Source: Clostridia bacterium (GTDB lineage Bacteria; Bacillota; Clostridia; Oscillospirales; CAG-272). Taken from it: DNA of 64,000 bases. This document shows positions 61,862 through 64,000 of this stretch, in pieces. The stretch's first letter is position 1; every line of letters starts with the position of its first letter. The DNA lies in NCBI GenBank assembly GCA_017450965.1, contig JAFSSQ010000089.1, forward strand, positions 40,103-104,102. The letters run 5' to 3'. Below the pieces are notes generated by a model. That model had not been told where the DNA came from and searched no databases. It saw nothing but the letters and a program-made list of their open reading frames with translations. The position numbers and the translations under genes are program-made.

Positions 61862-62911
61862 GTGAATCATACCCCGGCGTTTATTATGCCCGTAAAAATC
61901 AAAGGAAACGAACCGGAGCTTCGCCATTTTCGGCTGTCGGTCGAATCGATCAAAAACCAGACGGACCCGGACTGGATCCTGATCATGGTAGACGATTTTT
62001 CCAACGACGAAAAGGTGTCCGAAGCGCTTGAATCGGTCAAAAACGAGTTAAAAGAGAAAGCGCATATCATCCGCCTGGACAAGAACGTCGGCGCCGGCAT
62101 GGCGCGGAACGTCGGTATACGGTACGCGGACGGGATCGGCGCGCCGTTCGTCGTCTTCAACGATTCGGACGATATCTCTCACCCCAGAAGACTGGAGCTC
62201 GTCAGAAAAAAGTTCGAAAACGAAGACACGAACGTCGTCTACCTCAGCTTTGACGTGATCGATGAAAACGACCGGGTCGTTTCGGAGGACGAGATCTGTC
62301 TTTCGGTCCGGGAGATCATCCTCGGGCATCACAAAGACGTGATCGAGGGGGAAGACGCCTGGATCGGGATCTCCACGAAGAAAAACTATACCAACCTGAC
62401 CTCGTGCACGGCGGTCCGGACCTCCCTCGCGGTCCAAGAGCCGTTTCCTATGGCTTCGGTCTCGGAGGATTCCCACACCTGGCTCCGGTACGCCGCGCAC
62501 CCCGGCAAATTTGCGTTTATTGACGAGATCATCAACCATTACCGGATCTGCTCCGCGGTCGAAAGCCGTTCGAGAGGACAAAACCTGGATTTCTATCTGA
62601 AAAAAGCCGCCGTCGATACCGACGGGTTCGAAAAGGCGATGGCGATCTCCCGCTCGTTCGGCAGGATAAAGCCGGGGGAGGAAAACCCGATCCGGGTCGC
62701 CTTTTACGTCAGGGAGGCGCTCAGTATGCTCTACGGAGATTCCGACGCCTGCGCCGGGGAGCTGCTCGGTTCCGCTGTCAAGATATCAAAGGAAAGCGCC
62801 CTGCGGCAGATCGATCTCCTGGATTGCAAACCGGAATACAAGGATCGTATGAAGACGCTGGTCGCGCAGTTAAAAAGCGAGTCGCGTAAGAAGACGGGAT
62901 TGGACGGATAA
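61862..62911 (+). CDS. family 2 glycosyltransferase with C-terminal extension
   Basis: PAFIMPVKIKGNE, MVDDFSNDE, NVGAGMARN and NDSDDISHP GT2 motifs. The start is uncertain: GTG 61862 or ATG 61886, with the track ORF starting at 61727. Confidence 0.7.
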   Translation: MNHTPAFIMPVKIKGNEPELRHFRLSVESIKNQTDPDWILIMVDDFSNDEKVSEALESVKNELKEKAHIIRLDKNVGAGMARNVGIRYADGIGAPFVVFNDSDDISHPRRLELVRKKFENEDTNVVYLSFDVIDENDRVVSEDEICLSVREIILGHHKDVIEGEDAWIGISTKKNYTNLTSCTAVRTSLAVQEPFPMASVSEDSHTWLRYAAHPGKFAFIDEIINHYRICSAVESRSRGQNLDFYLKKAAVDTDGFEKAMAISRSFGRIKPGEENPIRVAFYVREALSMLYGDSDACAGELLGSAVKISKESALRQIDLLDCKPEYKDRMKTLVAQLKSESRKKTGLDG

Positions 62912-62913
62912 CG

Positions 62914-63798
62914 GTGTTTTATATCAGATCATTGAGCGAGTTTTGCGCCAGCAATGAAATCGACGACGCAAAGCGCAACGCCGGTCTTACTACGCCGGAC
63001 GGAATAGATCGCTTTGACAACATCAGTTACGGTGATCACAAGAGACATATACTGGATGTTTACCGTCCCAAAAACGCCGCGGGCAAGCTGCCGGTGATCG
63101 TCAGCATCCACGGCGGCGGCTGGGTCTACGGCAATAAAGAGATCATGCAGTTTTACTGTATGAGTCTTGCCGAAAAGGGATTTGCGGTCGTCAATTTCAG
63201 TTACAGACTTGCCCCGGAGTTTAAGCATCCGACGCCGCTTGAGGATACGAACAAGGTCGTTTTCTGGCTGTTTGAAAACGCCGATACGTACGGATTGGAT
63301 ACCGGCAGCGTGTTTCTCGTCGGCGACAGCTGCGGAGCCAATCTTGCGGGGCTTTACTCTTGCCTGTGCGTCGACCCGTCGTACGCCGACCGGATGTCGA
63401 TCCGGCCGCCGGAAGGATTTGCGCCGAAAGCGGTAGCGCTGAACAGCGGGCTTTACCGCCTGGTGCGCGGAGAAGAGGATTTGCTTGATTCCCTTGCGGA
63501 GGCATATTTTCCTGACGGCGGTACAGACGAGGAATACGCCGAAATCGATCTCGGCAAAACGGTTACCGCAGACTTTCCGCCTTGCTTTATGATGACGGCG
63601 CCGGGAGATTTTCTGACCGGTCAGGCAAAGCCGTTTTATGAACGGCTTTTGTCGCTCGGCGTAAGGGCGGAATATCACAGTTACGGGAGCGACGAAAATC
63701 CGCTCCATCACGTTTTTCATATCAATATCAAGCTTCCCGAGGCCAGGGAATGCAACCGTGACGAGTGTTCGTTTTTCTTAAATCAGATCAAAGGTTGA
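62914..63798 (+). CDS. alpha/beta hydrolase (esterase/lipase, HSL-like)
   Basis: HGGGW oxyanion motif, GDSCGAN nucleophile elbow, C-terminal His (PLHHVFH). GTG start. Confidence 0.8.
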   Translation: MFYIRSLSEFCASNEIDDAKRNAGLTTPDGIDRFDNISYGDHKRHILDVYRPKNAAGKLPVIVSIHGGGWVYGNKEIMQFYCMSLAEKGFAVVNFSYRLAPEFKHPTPLEDTNKVVFWLFENADTYGLDTGSVFLVGDSCGANLAGLYSCLCVDPSYADRMSIRPPEGFAPKAVALNSGLYRLVRGEEDLLDSLAEAYFPDGGTDEEYAEIDLGKTVTADFPPCFMMTAPGDFLTGQAKPFYERLLSLGVRAEYHSYGSDENPLHHVFHINIKLPEARECNRDECSFFLNQIKG

Positions 63799-63803
63799 CG
63801 GCT

Positions 63804-64000
63804 ATGACGCAAAAGGAAAGAATGATCAAAGGCCTGGTGTACGACACCTGCGACCCGGAAATCATGGAACTGCCGCGCCCGCTCAAAGACAAAATGTGGG
63901 CGTTCAATCAGCTTACCGTCTTTGAAGACGATAAAAAGCAAGCGTATATGAAAGAGGTTTTTGCCGAGTGCGGCGAGGGCTGCTGCGTCGAGCTTCCGTT
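63804..64000 (+). CDS. sugar O-acetyltransferase (maltose/galactoside acetyltransferase family), N-terminal fragment; 3' end lies outside the window
   Basis: MTQKERMIKGLVYDTCDPEIM...WAFNQL is a Mac-domain N-terminus. The frame stays open to the window edge and is not in the ORF track. Confidence 0.7.
   Translation, partial: MTQKERMIKGLVYDTCDPEIMELPRPLKDKMWAFNQLTVFEDDKKQAYMKEVFAECGEGCCVELP

Overview
This is a densely coding, GC-rich chromosomal segment with strong GC3 bias, judged by eye because nothing was computed. Gene content looks like a Clostridia-type Firmicute (Oscillospiraceae/Ruminococcaceae-like), but the taxon is inference. The first ~45 kb is mostly housekeeping. It holds the pnp 3' end, a VanY-type carboxypeptidase, a barnase-barstar pair, tcdA, an Rrf2 regulator, dxs, a class B sortase, phosphoglucomutase and htpG. 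It also holds a THF riboswitch-folT-folC unit, a complete nine-gene ntp-type V-ATPase operon, a J-domain/DUF5685 operon, addAB and a lone type IIA topoisomerase B subunit. From ~45 kb the window becomes a cell-surface/accessory region. A tyrosine recombinase gene is followed 25 nt later by the first of two 25-nt inverted repeats (23/25 identical). The repeats bracket a 218-bp segment carrying a near-consensus promoter that points into an AT-rich, polytopic GtrII/GT-C-like gene, which makes this a putative invertible promoter. Downstream come two tandem paralogous secreted proteins with different repeat stalks, tRNA-Lys(UUU), GtrA, and a LytS-type kinase with a REC-SARP regulator. After those lie a 1643-aa GLUG/beta-helix surface protein whose promoter carries 11-bp-phased direct repeats, MscS, and glycan-modification genes. 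The best candidate for an undescribed system is the recombinase / inverted-repeat switch / membrane glycosyltransferase module. The next best are the two-component-system / direct-repeat / giant adhesin unit and the DUF5685 / J-protein / membrane-protein operon, which appears to be leaderless. The very long ORFs antisense to real genes in the track are GC-bias shadows and are not called. All stem, repeat and promoter coordinates were read by eye and may be off by a few nt.
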